DNA of 64,000 nucleotides from Hyaloraphidium curvatum SAG 235-1. Lineage: Eukaryota; Fungi; Monoblepharomycota. Location of the stretch: the NCBI GenBank assembly GCA_025558095.1, contig JAIVFI010000007.1:62001-126000 (forward strand), written 5' to 3'. Both the position numbers and the translations under genes were made by a program. Shown here one piece after another: positions 11,115 through 23,625 of this stretch. Under the pieces are notes generated by a model. It had not been told where the DNA came from and did no database searches. It saw only the letters and a list, made by a program, of their open reading frames with translations. The first letter of the stretch is position 1, and the number at the start of each line of letters is the position of its first letter.

Positions 11115-12725
11115 ATGCACGCGACCGCCGCGGCTCAAGGCGCCGATTCACCCGCTATCGATGCTGCCTTAGTTGCTCTGGCGGTGCCGATGCCCGGCTC
11201 TTGGCCCGACGGGTTCCCCGGCGCCACCGACGGCCGCGCGCTGCTCTGCCTCCTCCCGGCGCCCGTGCCGCTCGAGCCGCCGATCGTGGACGACGAAAAG
11301 ACGCCGATCGTCGCGCCGCACGAGTCCGACATGGCCGCGGACGCGCGCGCAGCCGAGCCGCTGGTCCCGCGCGCGTTCGACGCCGCCCTCGCCGCGTTCC
11401 CCGTGCACCGCGCGCTGGCCAAGCTGCAGCGGCTCCCCAAAATCAACAGGATGCCGGTGACGCGTACGATCATGGTCGTCCCGGTGTTCGCTGCCATCGG
11501 AGGCACCGTCCGCCCGGCCCTCGCCTCGGGCCTCTTCGACGTGCGCGGCGTCGCTGTCGGAATCGCGGGGCAGCTGCTGCTCCAGATCGCATACCACGTA
11601 GCCGCCCTGTCGCAATCGATTCCCGCATGGCACAGGCCGGCGACCGAAGACGCGTCGCCGTTCGCGGGGCTGGCGCGGTGGAAGCTGCTCTGCGACCACG
11701 AGGCTGGCGGAGGACAGGGCGTCAAAGCCACCGAGCAGATGGGCCTCGTACGGTCCTCGCTGGGATCCGTTCTGGTGCTCCACGATCCAAATGACACGGC
11801 GTGCCCTTGCCCCGCACAGACCTGCGCCGGCGCGCTTCCGGCCCGCAGCGCCACATACCAGCTCCTCAACTTGTTTGTCTTCATTGTGGCGCGTGTCCTT
11901 GCCTACGGATTCTTTTTCCTCTTTACCGCGATGATCGCCCTCGCGGACACGACCTGGACGACGCCCTGGATGGCTCTGTTCTGCGTACTGCAGTTCGTCA
12001 CCGTCATCTTGACGGCTTTTTCGATCGGCCTGGAGGGTATCTATCCGGATCCGTCGCTTTTGGAGCTCGACGCGAGGCTCGAGGCGCGCGCGACGAAGCT
12101 GGTCCTTGCGGACGCGGTCAAGGCGGCGTTCTCCGACTCGACGGCGGACTACGGCGCCTCGCGCAGCGCTGGATCTCACCCAGCCGCGGACCGCGAACCG
12201 GTACCGGCCTACATCTCCCTGTTCCGCATGCTGGCTCCCAAATGGCGCGCCCGCGCCCTCGGCCGCGACGTCATTTTCCGCACCGTCGTTCTCGCCGTCT
12301 TCGGCGCCGACGGCGTCCTCCTCCTCATCTCCCTCCTGGGCGCCGGCTGCGCGACCGCCTACCTCCTCTGCTCGCTGCTCACGAACTTTCTGAACCTCGT
12401 GCTCGTCGTGGGAAGCTATGCGGCCGCCAACGTCGGGATCGACCGCATCGTGCACCTGTACCGCCAAGCGGGTACCGACCTCCGCCTCGGGTTCGCCGCC
12501 GTGCGGGTGCCGGTTCCGCCCAAGGCCGCGACGGACCTCCGCGCCATCTCGCGGCTGGAGCTCGCGGCGGGGGACAACTTGACGAAAATGTTCGGCATCA
12601 CGGTGACATTTGGGGTGGTCCGGGGGACTGTTGCAACGCTGGTTACGGTCGGCGTGGGCCTGTTTGGGATCCTGAGGGGCGCGGGGGCCAGGGCGACGGT
12701 GCAGAGCCTGTGCCCGATTGGATGA
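11115..12725 (+). CDS. 7-TM GRL/7TMIC-like membrane protein, paralog B
   Basis: Seven hydrophobic segments; LARWKLL, HDPNDTACPCPAQTCAG, WTTPW, LGAGC, AAAN, TKMFGITVTFGVVRG, terminal CPIG. Start uncertain (ORF open from 10827). Confidence 0.8.
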   Translation: MHATAAAQGADSPAIDAALVALAVPMPGSWPDGFPGATDGRALLCLLPAPVPLEPPIVDDEKTPIVAPHESDMAADARAAEPLVPRAFDAALAAFPVHRALAKLQRLPKINRMPVTRTIMVVPVFAAIGGTVRPALASGLFDVRGVAVGIAGQLLLQIAYHVAALSQSIPAWHRPATEDASPFAGLARWKLLCDHEAGGGQGVKATEQMGLVRSSLGSVLVLHDPNDTACPCPAQTCAGALPARSATYQLLNLFVFIVARVLAYGFFFLFTAMIALADTTWTTPWMALFCVLQFVTVILTAFSIGLEGIYPDPSLLELDARLEARATKLVLADAVKAAFSDSTADYGASRSAGSHPAADREPVPAYISLFRMLAPKWRARALGRDVIFRTVVLAVFGADGVLLLISLLGAGCATAYLLCSLLTNFLNLVLVVGSYAAANVGIDRIVHLYRQAGTDLRLGFAAVRVPVPPKAATDLRAISRLELAAGDNLTKMFGITVTFGVVRGTVATLVTVGVGLFGILRGAGARATVQSLCPIG

Positions 12726-13141
12726 CCGGCGGTAATAAGCATTCACGGCGTGAGGTGCTATGTGTGGGCTGGCATTTCGGTGGCGTCGGAATCGATGTCG
12801 GTGGCTTCGCTTTCCGCAGCGAGGCAGCGATCAGCGCGGGACTCCAGCATCACTCTCTGTTCACCCGCCGCGCCTTTCGCCTTTGCGCCGCTTGGCAATC
12901 AATGCGTGGACTGACGGCTATTCCCACGCGTCTCTCTCTCGAACGGACACTTGAGGGCCCCGCGCACCGATGTATGGGTCTCGCCGTGTAGGTCGGCGCG
13001 CCGCGCTGGAAGCCATTGGGGTCACAGGTTACATCAGCCCGAGGATCTGCCACCAAAGCCCTTCCGGAACAACGTCAGACCGTCGCACGGTCAGTCCGCG
13101 GTCCTGAAGGCTGACGAGAATCCATCGCTCGCCGGCCGCGC

Positions 13142-15259
13142 CTAGGCGATGGAGATCCTCACGATGTCCGCCATCGCCGGCCTGTCCTGCGCACCCATCC
13201 GCCTCAGCGCCCGGACGGCATCGTCGATCCGCCCTTCGTTGAACTGGAGCCGGGATCAGCCATCGTTCTTCGGCGCAATCCATCTGGCGCGGCCCACCTG
13301 CAGCGCGAGCTCCACGTCCTCCGGCCGCGCGACCACACTCTCCGCGACCGCGCGGAACTGCGACTCCGAAGGAGCGCGGAAAACCCCTCCGACCGGGGCG
13401 TGGAACCGCGGGTACCCCCCGCGCGCGTTGACCAAAGGCAGCCGCCACCACAGCCGCGTCAGCACGCGATGCCGCTCCCCCACGCCCATCTCGCGGTCCA
13501 TGTCGCCGCCCAACCCTGCCTGCTCGATCCACAGCGCCGGCGGGAACCCCGCGCTCCGGGGATCCCACGCCCACGCGAGCCACGGCGCGGGGCCGTCCCC
13601 CACGTGCCCGCCCCTCCCCGCCACGGACCCCACCAGCAGATCGCGCAGCTCCCCCGCGGTCCGGATCCTCTTCCTCGCGCGGGGCTCGCACGCCAGGACA
13701 CGCCGCACGTCCCCTTCCAGCCCGAACCGCCGCCCGAGCATCCCGAGGAACGCGCCGACGCAGAACACCCCGAACGCGGGATCGCTCCGCGCGTCGAACG
13801 CGGCGTCAAAGATCCCCGCCGCCGCATCCCACAGCCCCTTGGTGCGCTCCCCCCGCTGCATCCCCGCGAGACCGGGGAGGAGCAGCTCCCCCGCGCACCG
13901 CGCGGCCTTGCTCAGGTCGGCGTCCCCCGGCCGCGCGGCGGAGCGGGCAAGGAGGTAGCCGATCAGCAGGCCGACGTCCACGGGGGAGGAGTACGAGGCG
14001 CGGGGGAACCAGGCCATGCTGGTGGTGTCCCTCGAAAGCACGATGTTGGCGAGGGACCGCACGGGGAGGTCCGCGGCACGGAGGATGGCTGCGATCCTCG
14101 CGGGCACGCCCCCCGGATCGGTCTTGCCGAACGCGGCGGCGAAGACATGTTCGTCCAAGGGCGTATCCTCGAAGAACTCGGCGAGCCGGTGCATTATGCA
14201 CGGTCGCGGGTCCGAGGCGATCCTGCGCAGGATCGCAGCGTCAACGTGGTCCCCGGGCGCGGCCAAAAAGTCCGAGGACCGGAAATGCAGGTTGGGCGCG
14301 AAGAGCGGGTCGACGAGCATCGCCGCGACGAGGGAAGCGGAGCCGTTCCAGTCCAGCAGCATCCCGGCGACGAACGCGTGGCGGGCGAGGGACGAGACCG
14401 GGAGGCCCGCCTCGACGCAGAAGCGCTGCAGGAAGGCGAGGATGTTCCGGTTGATGTCATCGCGCGTCCCGTACTTGTGGCGGGCGTACCAGGTTACCAT
14501 CGAACCGCGTGTTTCCCAGCTCCACGGGCACAGCTTGACCGCGGCCGCCATGCAGTCGGTCCGCAGGTCGCTCAGCACGTTGGCGGCCGTGCCGGCGGGA
14601 CGGTCCAGGCAGGCGAGCGCCTCGAACATGCCTGCCATGCCTGCCCTTCCCTTCTCGCCCGGGATCTCGAGGGAGCCGGGGGCGAACCCGTCGAGCCAAT
14701 CTTCGAGCTCCGCGACAACGGTCCACTTCCAGTTGAGCGGATAGGTTTCCAGCTTCAGGACCACGGCCTTGAGCCGGTCCTCGGGCAGTCCCGTCGCCCG
14801 GAGCATGTCGGCAACGTCCGAATAGCGCCCCCATTCCTCCTCGGACGTCGTCTCCAAGAACCCGCGCAAAACTGCGGCATTGGCACCCAGACCCGACAGA
14901 AAACGGCCCGCACGTTCGTCGTCCCGCCGCAGGTAGTTTTCGAACACGTGGAACGCGCAGAGGTTGTCCCCCGGGACACCGGACCGCGCGAGCAGCGCGC
15001 CGAACCCGCGCGGAGAAAACCGCTGCCGTCCCGGGAACCCCGCCGCCCTTCGCATCGACGTGTCGGAAAGGTCGTCGGCGAGTTCGCACACCGCGGGGAA
15101 GTCGCGCTCGTCGAGGGCGAGCTTGCGGACGCGTTGGACGAGGGCGGCCGATGCGGGCGGGAAAGCCGGCCGCCAGACGAGGCGGAAGAAGAAGAGGTCC
15201 GCCGCGCCGAGGAAGTCCAGCACGCGCTCCAAAAGCTCGGGAGGGAGCCGGTCGAGCAT
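13142..15259 (-). CDS. F-box protein (intron 13244-13297)
   Basis: N-terminal MLDRLPPELLERVLDFLGAADLFFFRLVWR. Final exon FNEGRIDDAVRALRRM..IA* follows a GTGGGC..GCTGAT..CAG intron. Confidence 0.75.
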
Positions 15260-15375
15260 CGCGGTGTTTGGGTGACTTGTCTGGGGACGAGCGACACCCG
15301 ATTGCTGCATATCGATCCGGATGCCTGTCAGGATTGAGATGCTATGCCACGTACAAGGTATAGAGCTGCCTTCCG

Positions 15376-16928
15376 TCAAGATCCAGGGCACACGCTCTCG
15401 ATGGTGACCCCGATCCCCGCCCCCCGGAGCACCGACCACAGGCCGACGCCGACGGTGAACGCCGTGACCGCGATCGTGCGCACTGCGCCGAACGTGATGA
15501 GCACCCCGAAGAACCTCGTCTGGAACTTCTCGATCCCCGCGAGCCCGCCCAGCATCTCGGCGTGGAGGCGCACGGGCTCTGCGGCGGCGGGGTCGCCGAT
15601 CGCCCTGAACGCGAGGGCTCGGAGGTCGAGAGCGGCATTGGTGTACATCGTCGCGATGCGGGTGGCTTCGAGGTTGGAGGCGGCGACGGTGAAGAGCTCG
15701 AGAAATAGCATGCAGCACATGATGCCGAAGGTCGCGAGGTGGCCGGCGTTGATGCATCCGGCTCCGAACTAAGCGGCATACAGGCAGCACATCATCGCCA
15801 GTCGTTTGCTAGAGAAGCGACCCAACCCACCATTCCGACGCAGATGGCGGCTGTCTCCGCAGCGACCCCCATGACCGTGACAAAGCGCGCCCCGGCCCCG
15901 GCATAGAACCGCTGCCGCCAGGAAGCGGCGAGCGCCGCGTGGAATGCGACGTAGGGCTCTTGCTCTATGGCCACCGGGCCGGCCTTGTTCGCGTCGCGAA
16001 CCGCCACGAGATCCTTCATGCGCCTGACCAGGTCGTCCAGGCAGATGGAGACGGCCCGCACGCGGAGGCGCAGCTCCAGCTGGAGCAACGCTGGGTTGGG
16101 CACGGTCGCGCCGTAGCCCAGCGCGTTGAAGAAGATGAAGAAGCTCAGGTAGGCGATGGAAACGGCCGTGAGCGCGGCCGACCAGGGCGTCCCCCATGTT
16201 TGGTTCCCGAAAGTGACGATGCCGGTCCAATAGTTCAGGATGTAGTTGGTGAAGTTGAACACGAGAACAAAGGCCAGAAACGTCACGAGGGGTTGGACCG
16301 GCAAGGATGCTCGGATGCTGCCCGCACAAGTTTCCCTCGGGCACGGGCATAGATCGCCTGCTTCATCATCATGATCAAGCAATCTCGGCGAAGAATCTCC
16401 ATGTTCTAAAGCGGGCTGTGCGGCGGATTCTGCGAGCTGCAGGTATCGGGCGAGGCCGGCAAGTTGGAAGCCGTCCAGAAGACGTTCCGCGCTGGAGAGG
16501 AACTTGGGCGCCTCGACCCCGAGCCGGCCTCGGAAAATCGGGACCGCCCACAGAATGAAGGCAGCCATGGCCTGCACAGTTGCCACGACCAGCTGCCGCG
16601 TGCCGAAACGCCTTTCGTTGAAGATCCACGGCAGGGCCGTGAGGAAGGCCAGGGGGAAGAACGCGCCGACGAAGCGCGCGCCCGAGGTCGAAGAGGAAAA
16701 TCGCCGCAGCCGCAATTCGAGGCCGACATAGGCGGCGAGGGCCGGCGACCACGAAAGCGAGTCGATCAAACTCCCCTGGGTGAGCGGGTGCGCGTTGCGC
16801 GCGGCCGCCCCGTGGTCCTCCTCCGCAAGAAGGCGCAGCACTTGAGGAGCATCCTTTGGCAAAGATGGCGGTGGCGACATAGGGAAGAGAGCGGCCCATT
16901 CGGCTGCCGTGAACGGCAGCGAAGTCAT
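15376..16928 (-). CDS. 7-TM GRL/7TMIC-like membrane protein, paralog C (close duplicate of A; intron 15769-15830)
   Basis: Colinear with 5454-7031, same intron position; motif HDDEAGDLCPCPRETCAG. Confidence 0.8.
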
Positions 16929-17139
16929 TGACGCGACTTGTTTCCAACGCCGACCACCCCTTCAATTTCAGTCCCACGGCGCCGAATCACCTCCAGCACG
17001 TGGCCAAGTACTTGATAGAGTCAGGCTTCAGCGAGTTTTCGTTTATCGTGCCAGGCACAACCAGGAGCCCTTTAGTGGGTGGGGGCGGCGGCGAGGGAAC
17101 GGCGGGTTTCGCAGTCCCTTGGCCACCTTCTATCGAAAC

Positions 17140-18606
17140 ATGCAGGACGCGGGCGCGAAGGATCTGCTCGGGTTCACGCCCGCCGAGTACGCTGCGCTCT
17201 TTCCGCACAGCGGGCCGGCGCTGGGGGCCGCGGCGGACCCCGACCCGCCGACGTACGCGACCTTCGATGCGGGCCCGCTGCCGCCGCTGCTCCGTGCCGG
17301 AGCGCGTCGGGTGCTATGGTTCAAGACGCATGTGCCTCGCGGCTATATTCTGGGGACCTACGCGGCGTGGTGTGCATCAATGGCCGCCTTGTTGGCCCCT
17401 GCGTGGGCGTTCGGGCGCGAGAGGTTCGGGCTGCGACAGCTTGCGGTGACGACGGTCTTCCGTGGCGGTACTCTCCTTTTGTTCCCGGTGCAGTACCGAC
17501 TAATGATTCCCGGGAGCTGGGGCTGGCAACCGGCTGCACACCCCAGTGACCCCGTCGACCTTGGCGGGATGTCGCTCATCGTGCGGTATCGCCAGCTCGC
17601 GACCTCGGAGGACGGCGGCGGGTCCGTGCTCCTGCGACACATTCCGGGCGACGCAAACTGTCCGTGCTTCCTGCCTGGCTGCGCCGCCCCGCTCGCTGGG
17701 AACCGTGCAGACGCAGCCGCTGCCATCCGTTTCGCGCTCCATTTAGTCAACATTGCCGTGGAGTGGTGCTTCGGCATGTCGTTCACCGCCTTCTACAATT
17801 TGCCCGCAAATTGGACGCAGTGGTGGAGCATCCTGCTCTCCGCGACTTTCCTGGCAACATCTTTTGCATTAAGTTTCAACAACATCTTCCAGGATGCCCT
17901 CTTTGGGACGTCCGTCGCGACGCTGACGCTGCAGCGCCGCCTGCACGTACGTGCGCTGGACATACTGCTGGACCGCACTGTGGAAGGCTGCGAGCGGAGC
18001 GCGGATCAGGTCTGCCGCGCTGCGGCCGGATCCGATCCCGCATCCCAGGTTCCCATAGGCGACGACTACGCCGAGCTCTTTTCCCGCTACGCCATGGGCT
18101 GGAAATATGACACGGCAGCCGCTGACGCCTCCATGCGCTGGCTCTCCTTCACCGCGGTCTCAGAGGCCGTCGTCGGTCTTGCCAACCTAGCCGCCGGCTC
18201 GTGCGTCACCTTCAACACCCTTGCGACCCTCTTCCTCCTTGTTGACGTCTTCTCGCACCTCGTCATGGTCGCCATCGCCAACCGTGAGGTCACTGAGCTC
18301 TCTTGGGGCGTCCGCCGCGCCCGCGCCCGCATCCGAACCGCCTCTCGACGGATCGGCGTCGCCTCTTTCGATCCTGCGGCCCGTGCTGCGGTTTTGTCGG
18401 CGCTCGAAGGCCACGAAAAGGAGCTCTCCACCATGCTCGAGGCCGACGAGCACCGCGCGACCTTCTTCGGCTTCCCGATCACGGGGGCCACCGTCAGGGG
18501 GACCCTGCTCACGTTCCTGACCCTGCTGGTCGGGCTGTACTCGGTGCTGCGCGCGGGAGGGACCTTCGTCACCATGGACATCGTCTGCCCCTTCCAGTCC
18601 GCTTAA
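17140..18606 (+). CDS. 7-TM GRL/7TMIC-like membrane protein, paralog D (488 aa)
   Basis: FTPAEYAALFP, RFGLRQL (cf. RFGTRQL in A/C), HIPGDANCPCFLPGCAA, NWTQWW, AAGSC, AIAN, ATFFGFPITGATVRG, terminal CPF. Divergent from paralog C. Confidence 0.8.
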   Translation: MQDAGAKDLLGFTPAEYAALFPHSGPALGAAADPDPPTYATFDAGPLPPLLRAGARRVLWFKTHVPRGYILGTYAAWCASMAALLAPAWAFGRERFGLRQLAVTTVFRGGTLLLFPVQYRLMIPGSWGWQPAAHPSDPVDLGGMSLIVRYRQLATSEDGGGSVLLRHIPGDANCPCFLPGCAAPLAGNRADAAAAIRFALHLVNIAVEWCFGMSFTAFYNLPANWTQWWSILLSATFLATSFALSFNNIFQDALFGTSVATLTLQRRLHVRALDILLDRTVEGCERSADQVCRAAAGSDPASQVPIGDDYAELFSRYAMGWKYDTAAADASMRWLSFTAVSEAVVGLANLAAGSCVTFNTLATLFLLVDVFSHLVMVAIANREVTELSWGVRRARARIRTASRRIGVASFDPAARAAVLSALEGHEKELSTMLEADEHRATFFGFPITGATVRGTLLTFLTLLVGLYSVLRAGGTFVTMDIVCPFQSA

Positions 18607-18947
18607 TCGGCCTGGGGTGGGAGGGTCGCCTGGGCAAGGCGGTGTTGGTGTGGTGGATGTCCCTCGAGTACATTCTGGTGTAGTCAACGCCGAGAAGACA
18701 GACAGCTATCTAGCTATGCATGGTATCTACCGTGTCGGAATCCGACCCCTTTGGATGCTCGAGGGCCACGCGTATGTTTCGCGGTCGTGGCGGCTTTTGC
18801 GTAGCCTGTACAATCGCGATTTATTGCCTGCGGCGAGGCCTTTTTCCTTCGCTAGCTAAAGATCTAGATCTACCTTCCCCCTCCGCCTATAAACAGCCCT
18901 CCGGTCGTCGTGCGTATGATACAGTGCGGGCTCTCCATTCCCCGGGC

Positions 18948-21710
18948 TCAGATGGCCCCGGGAATGCGCTCCCACTCGTCCTCCTGGGATTCCCACCCCT
19001 CGGGGATCCGCCCCTCGGCCAGCTCCCCCAGCTTCTCCAGCGGCACCTCGCCCATCTCAATCTCGGGTTCCTCCACCTCTTCCTCGTCATCGTCTGCCTC
19101 ACCGAACCCGCCGTAAAACACCTCGACGTCGCCGGCCTCCTTACCCAGCGCCAGCCGGCGCAGCACGTGCGGGTCCTCCTCCATCTCGTGCGGGGCGTCC
19201 GAGAAGAGGTTGCGCACGAAGCGTCCGATGTTGCGGAGCGCGGCGGCGCCGCCGCGCGAGCCGGGGTAGGCGTGGGGAACGTGCGTGAGGTCGTGGAAGA
19301 TCTCGCAGCGGACCTTGGAGGCGCCCGGGTTCTGGAGGGCGTACTTGTGCGCCGTGGCCACGATCTCGTCGACCTGGATGGCAAATATGTCAGCTGTGTG
19401 GCATGGGAACCAGCCAGCGTCGACCCACCAGCAGCTCGCACTCGCCCGCCTGGAACAGCGCCGGCGGCATCCCCTCGAACGATCCGTGGTACGGCGACAC
19501 GCACGGGTGCCTGATGGCGTTGTACACCAGGTCCTCGACCGTCGGCTCCGCCGGCAACGCCATCGAAGGCCTGCGGCGGGGTGACTCGGACCCCGAGTCC
19601 TCGGCCTCGGAGACGATCGACGCGCGGCGCGTGCGCGGTTCCGAGAAGGAGCCCGAGCGCCCCACGCGGCCGCCGTTCTCGCCGCCGTTCACGCCGGCGG
19701 GGAACGACTGGCTGCGCGGGACTCCGATCAGGCTGGCGCGGCGCGACTTGAGCGGCTGGTCCTCGGGGAGCGGCTGCTGCGCCGAGACGGCGGTGCTGGC
19801 CGACGAGACCGACGACGAGGACTCCTTGCGCGAGTGGCCGTTGGCCCCTCCCTGGCTCGAGGGGACGAGCTCCGGCGGCGGCTTGATGTCCTTGGGCTGC
19901 GCGTCCCTGGGCACACGGAGCGACACCCTGCGCGCGGGGTCGGGCGTGCCGCCCCAGACGAGCCCCGAGACGGGGTTGTAGTTGCCGCCGACGGCGTCGG
20001 TCGAGTTGAGGAAGATGTCGACCGAGCCCCACTCCTTCCAGATGGCGGGGCTGGGGAGGTAGTCGAACGGGGCGTTGCGGACGTACGAGTCGTGCCGCAT
20101 GGTTTGGTCGCACGAGGGCGAGAGCAGGCAGATGCCGCGGGGGAGGCCGTACTTGGGCGCGCCGTCCGGTCCGACGAGGAAGTGCTTGAGGTACATGCAC
20201 AGGCTGTGGCCGGAGACACGTCGTTCGTCAGCGCAGGCAAGCGATGACGGTCCATTCCGCCCACCTCAGGGTCAGGTTGCCGCCCGCTGAATCGCCCATG
20301 ACCACGACCTCCTCGGGCCTGTAGCTCCCCGGCGCCGGCCCCTTGCCGCCGCTCTGCATGTGCACGGCCGGGTGGTTGGGCTGGGTGAGGTACAGCCACG
20401 CGGCCAGGGCGTCGTGGATGGCCGCGGGGAAGGGGTTCTCGGGCGCGAGGCGGTAGTCGATGGCGAGCACGGGCAGGCCGGTGAGCTTGGAGATCTTGGA
20501 GGTGATGAAGCGGTGCGTGCGAGGGGAGCCGAGGGCGTAGGCTCCGCCTGTCGGTGAAGTTCCGTCCGTCGTGGTCAGACGAAGCTTGCTGACCGGCAGG
20601 CGCTCGCAACCCACCGTGCAGGTACAGCACCACGCCCCGCTTTCCGCCTCTGTCCTCGACCCTGGTCCCCATGGCCTCGTACCACACCGTCCTCCTCGCC
20701 TCCTCGATCGCCCACTCGACGAGCGACCCCCTCCTCCTCACCGGCCCCTTCTGCGTCGCGAACGGCGGCTCCTCGCCGTACCATGACACCCACTCTCCGG
20801 GCAACTCGTGCACCCTGGGCCTCCTCCGCGGCACGGGCGCCGGCGCGGTGCCCTTCTGCGGCGCCGGCACCGGCCCGTTCTCGTACCGGATCCCCGGCGC
20901 CCCCTCGAGCCACGACCCCTTGCCGTCCGCCAGTGACTCGGGCCGCACGTCGCGGTCCTCGGCGTCGGAGCCCCAGGCCATCTCGGGGGGGATGACGTAG
21001 CCTGGCCTTCCCACGCCAGCGGGGATGTGCGCCCGGGAGGCCTCCTCCGAGGCGACGATGGCCGAGACGTCGACGAAGAAGCGGGCGGGCTCGATGGAGG
21101 TGCGGAGGGGGGCCGGGAGGAGGTAGCTGATGAGGCGCTCACGGGAGCGGCTGATGGCCGGGCCCGAGAAGCGGATGTGCGTGCGGACCACCCTGGGAGC
21201 GGGAAGGAGGTAGTGAGATGCGTGTCCACGGAGCACAGGGAATGAAAGGGAGGAGCGGTAAAATTCATCCGGCCGGTACTCACCTGCAGCCAGGGGTCGA
21301 CCGGGGATTTCGTGGTTGCGTGGACGGTAGTGGCGTCACATGCGTGGCATCGCGGGAAGGGCGCAAAACCGGGTCAGTAGCTGCGTTCAGCGGTGCAAGG
21401 AGGTGCGAAAAATGCCGTTCTGCAGCTCTCTCGCACGGGGTACGCACTTGTTCATCAGGTGGTAGTCGAGCGTCCAGCCGCGGCGGCCGCCCTCGCCCAG
21501 CAGCCACTCGACCAGGCCGGCGAGCACGGTGCTGAGGCCGCCGAGGTTCGCCTTCTCGAGCGACCGCACGACCGCCGCGCCATCGACGCCCAATTTCGTG
21601 GGCACGAGAGACGCCAGCTCGGCGGTCAGCGCGGTCGACAGCTGCGGGTTGCGCGGCGCCGCGGCGTGCGCGTGCGCGGCCGCCGGGTCGACAGGCTGAA
21701 CGGTCTCCAT
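18948..21710 (-). CDS. Alpha/beta hydrolase, HSL/GDXG lipase-esterase family (multi-exon)
   Basis: VLYLHGG|AYALGS, IDYRLAPENPFPAAIHD, VMGDSAGGNL nucleophile elbow, AGECELLV and PHAY, spread over several exons with GT-AG introns. Confidence 0.85.
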
Positions 21711-22275
21711 TGAGGTCGCAGAGGGCGGGAGGGCCAGCGGGCGACGAGGGGGACCGTTTGCTCGCTAACCTGTCAGTCTTGGGGCGGCACGTGAAATTGA
21801 TGCTTTCTCCGTGGTCCCCCCTTCTCCCCCAAATCCCTGTCCACAGGACGATCGGGCGACTATCCGAGGAATCGAGAGCTCAAGACACGATTGTGATGGG
21901 TCAGTCAAGAGCCTGCTGGCTCTTTCCCGGTGTCCCAGATCTCCCTCAGGCGGGCACTCAACTGTGGCAACTCAGGGTCCCTGGACGGCATCCTCGAAAA
22001 TGCAGCAAAAACATAAATGCCATTCCATCGGGGACCTTCTTTACATAAACGACGTCGCGGAAGCTGTCGAGCTGGCGCGGCGAATGTTGGGGGAGAGCGG
22101 CGAACAATGTCTCCAGCGCCCGAAGTCCCTCATAACGCCAACTCGAGCTGACAAGCGATGCGTCCCTACGCGCCAGCTACCGTCATGAACTGGACCTCCT
22201 AAAAGCCTGCGATCGATTTTCGGGCCGCCGCTGCCGACTTCGGGGGCCACACCGCCCTGACTGTCCCGTCCAACG

Positions 22276-23625
22276 ATGGGCCTCCGCGGGTTCCTCTCCG
22301 GCCTCCCGACGAAGCGCGAGGCGATCCGGCGCTTCACTCCGTCTTGGTTCACGGTCGTCATGGGCACCGGCTCGCTGGCGCTGAACATCGCCGGCTTCCC
22401 GTGGTCCTTTGGCGCCGCGCAGCGCGGCATCGCCCTTGCCTTCTGGTGCCTTGGTTGCCTCCTCTTCCTCACCTTCGTGACCATGGGCATCGCCCGCGCC
22501 ATAATGTTCACGGACGTGCTCGGGCTCATGATCCGACATCCGGCGCAGTCCTTGTTCCTCGGCTGCATCCCCATGGCATTTTCCACGCTCTGCAACGGGA
22601 TCCTGGCCATCCTCATGCCGTACCTCGCGGACCCTGAGCCGGCGGCGCGCACCGCGCTGGCCCTGTACTGGACCAACCTTCCCGTCGTGGTGTTTGCCAT
22701 CCTGCTCGTGCCCTGGTTCATGTTCACCGAACACGCGCACGCCATCGAAAAGGCCACCGCCATCTGGCTGCTCCCCGTGGTCCCCGCCTGCGTCGCCGCG
22801 GGTTCCGCCGGCGCGCTGCTGTCCAACCGCACCGCGTTCCCGTACCTCTCCCCCGCCGAGATCGAGGGCCTCCTGCTCTCGGGCTACACCCTCGGTGGGG
22901 CTGGCCTGCTGCTGGCCTACTCCATCATCACGATGTACACGCAGCGGCTGCTGGTGCACAAGCTACCCCCCGCCGACCAGGTCGTCTCGGCTTTCATCCC
23001 AACGGGACCGCTGACGATGATCGCGTGGGCGCTCCTCCGCCTCGGCGAGGGCGCGCAGATGGCCCTTCGCTCGGGGGAGCTGCAGGCTGCCACGGGGGAC
23101 ACCGAGATCGCCGCTGCCTGGGCCTCCTTCCTCGCCGCCGCCCACGGCACCGGCCCCGTGCTGGGGCTGCTCCTGTGGGGCTTTGGGACGTGGTGGTGGA
23201 TCGTCGCGCTCGCGACCGTGGGTAGTACCCTGCGCACGCTGCCGTTTTCCATCGGGTGGTGGGGATCTATCTTCCCCACGGGGGTGCTTGCGACCGCCAC
23301 CGCGAGCTACGGCGCCCACTTCGGTTCCGTTGCGTTCAAGGGCATGGCGGCGGCATTCATCGTCGCCCAGGCGCTGCTCTGGGGAACCACGGCCTTCTGG
23401 ACGTTGAGGGGGGCGTGGGTGGGGACCATGTTCGTCGCGCCCTGCCTGACGGAGCCGACGGCCGCCGGGGCCGCGGCAGGGGTGCCGACGGCGGGCGATA
23501 TCGACAAGCCCGGGGAAAGAAAGGGGGCACCGGAGAGTGCGGATTCGTTCAGTTCGACGGATTCGCAGAACGGCGAATCGGGAGCCTTGACGCCGCCGGC
23601 TGATTTAGTCGGCAATGGAGTGTAA
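22276..23625 (+). CDS. TDT/SLAC1 family transporter (malate/sulfite efflux, Mae1/Ssu1-like)
   Basis: FTPSWFTVVMGTG, HPAQSLFLGCIPM, WLLPVVP, LLVHKLP, FSIGWWGSIFPTG; about 10 TM segments. Confidence 0.9.
   Translation: MGLRGFLSGLPTKREAIRRFTPSWFTVVMGTGSLALNIAGFPWSFGAAQRGIALAFWCLGCLLFLTFVTMGIARAIMFTDVLGLMIRHPAQSLFLGCIPMAFSTLCNGILAILMPYLADPEPAARTALALYWTNLPVVVFAILLVPWFMFTEHAHAIEKATAIWLLPVVPACVAAGSAGALLSNRTAFPYLSPAEIEGLLLSGYTLGGAGLLLAYSIITMYTQRLLVHKLPPADQVVSAFIPTGPLTMIAWALLRLGEGAQMALRSGELQAATGDTEIAAAWASFLAAAHGTGPVLGLLLWGFGTWWWIVALATVGSTLRTLPFSIGWWGSIFPTGVLATATASYGAHFGSVAFKGMAAAFIVAQALLWGTTAFWTLRGAWVGTMFVAPCLTEPTAAGAAAGVPTAGDIDKPGERKGAPESADSFSSTDSQNGESGALTPPADLVGNGV

Noticed and set aside
22030-22110. 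GDLLYINDVAEAVELA resembles an NAD-dependent epimerase motif
   Set aside because: Too short, with no Rossmann or YxxxK context.
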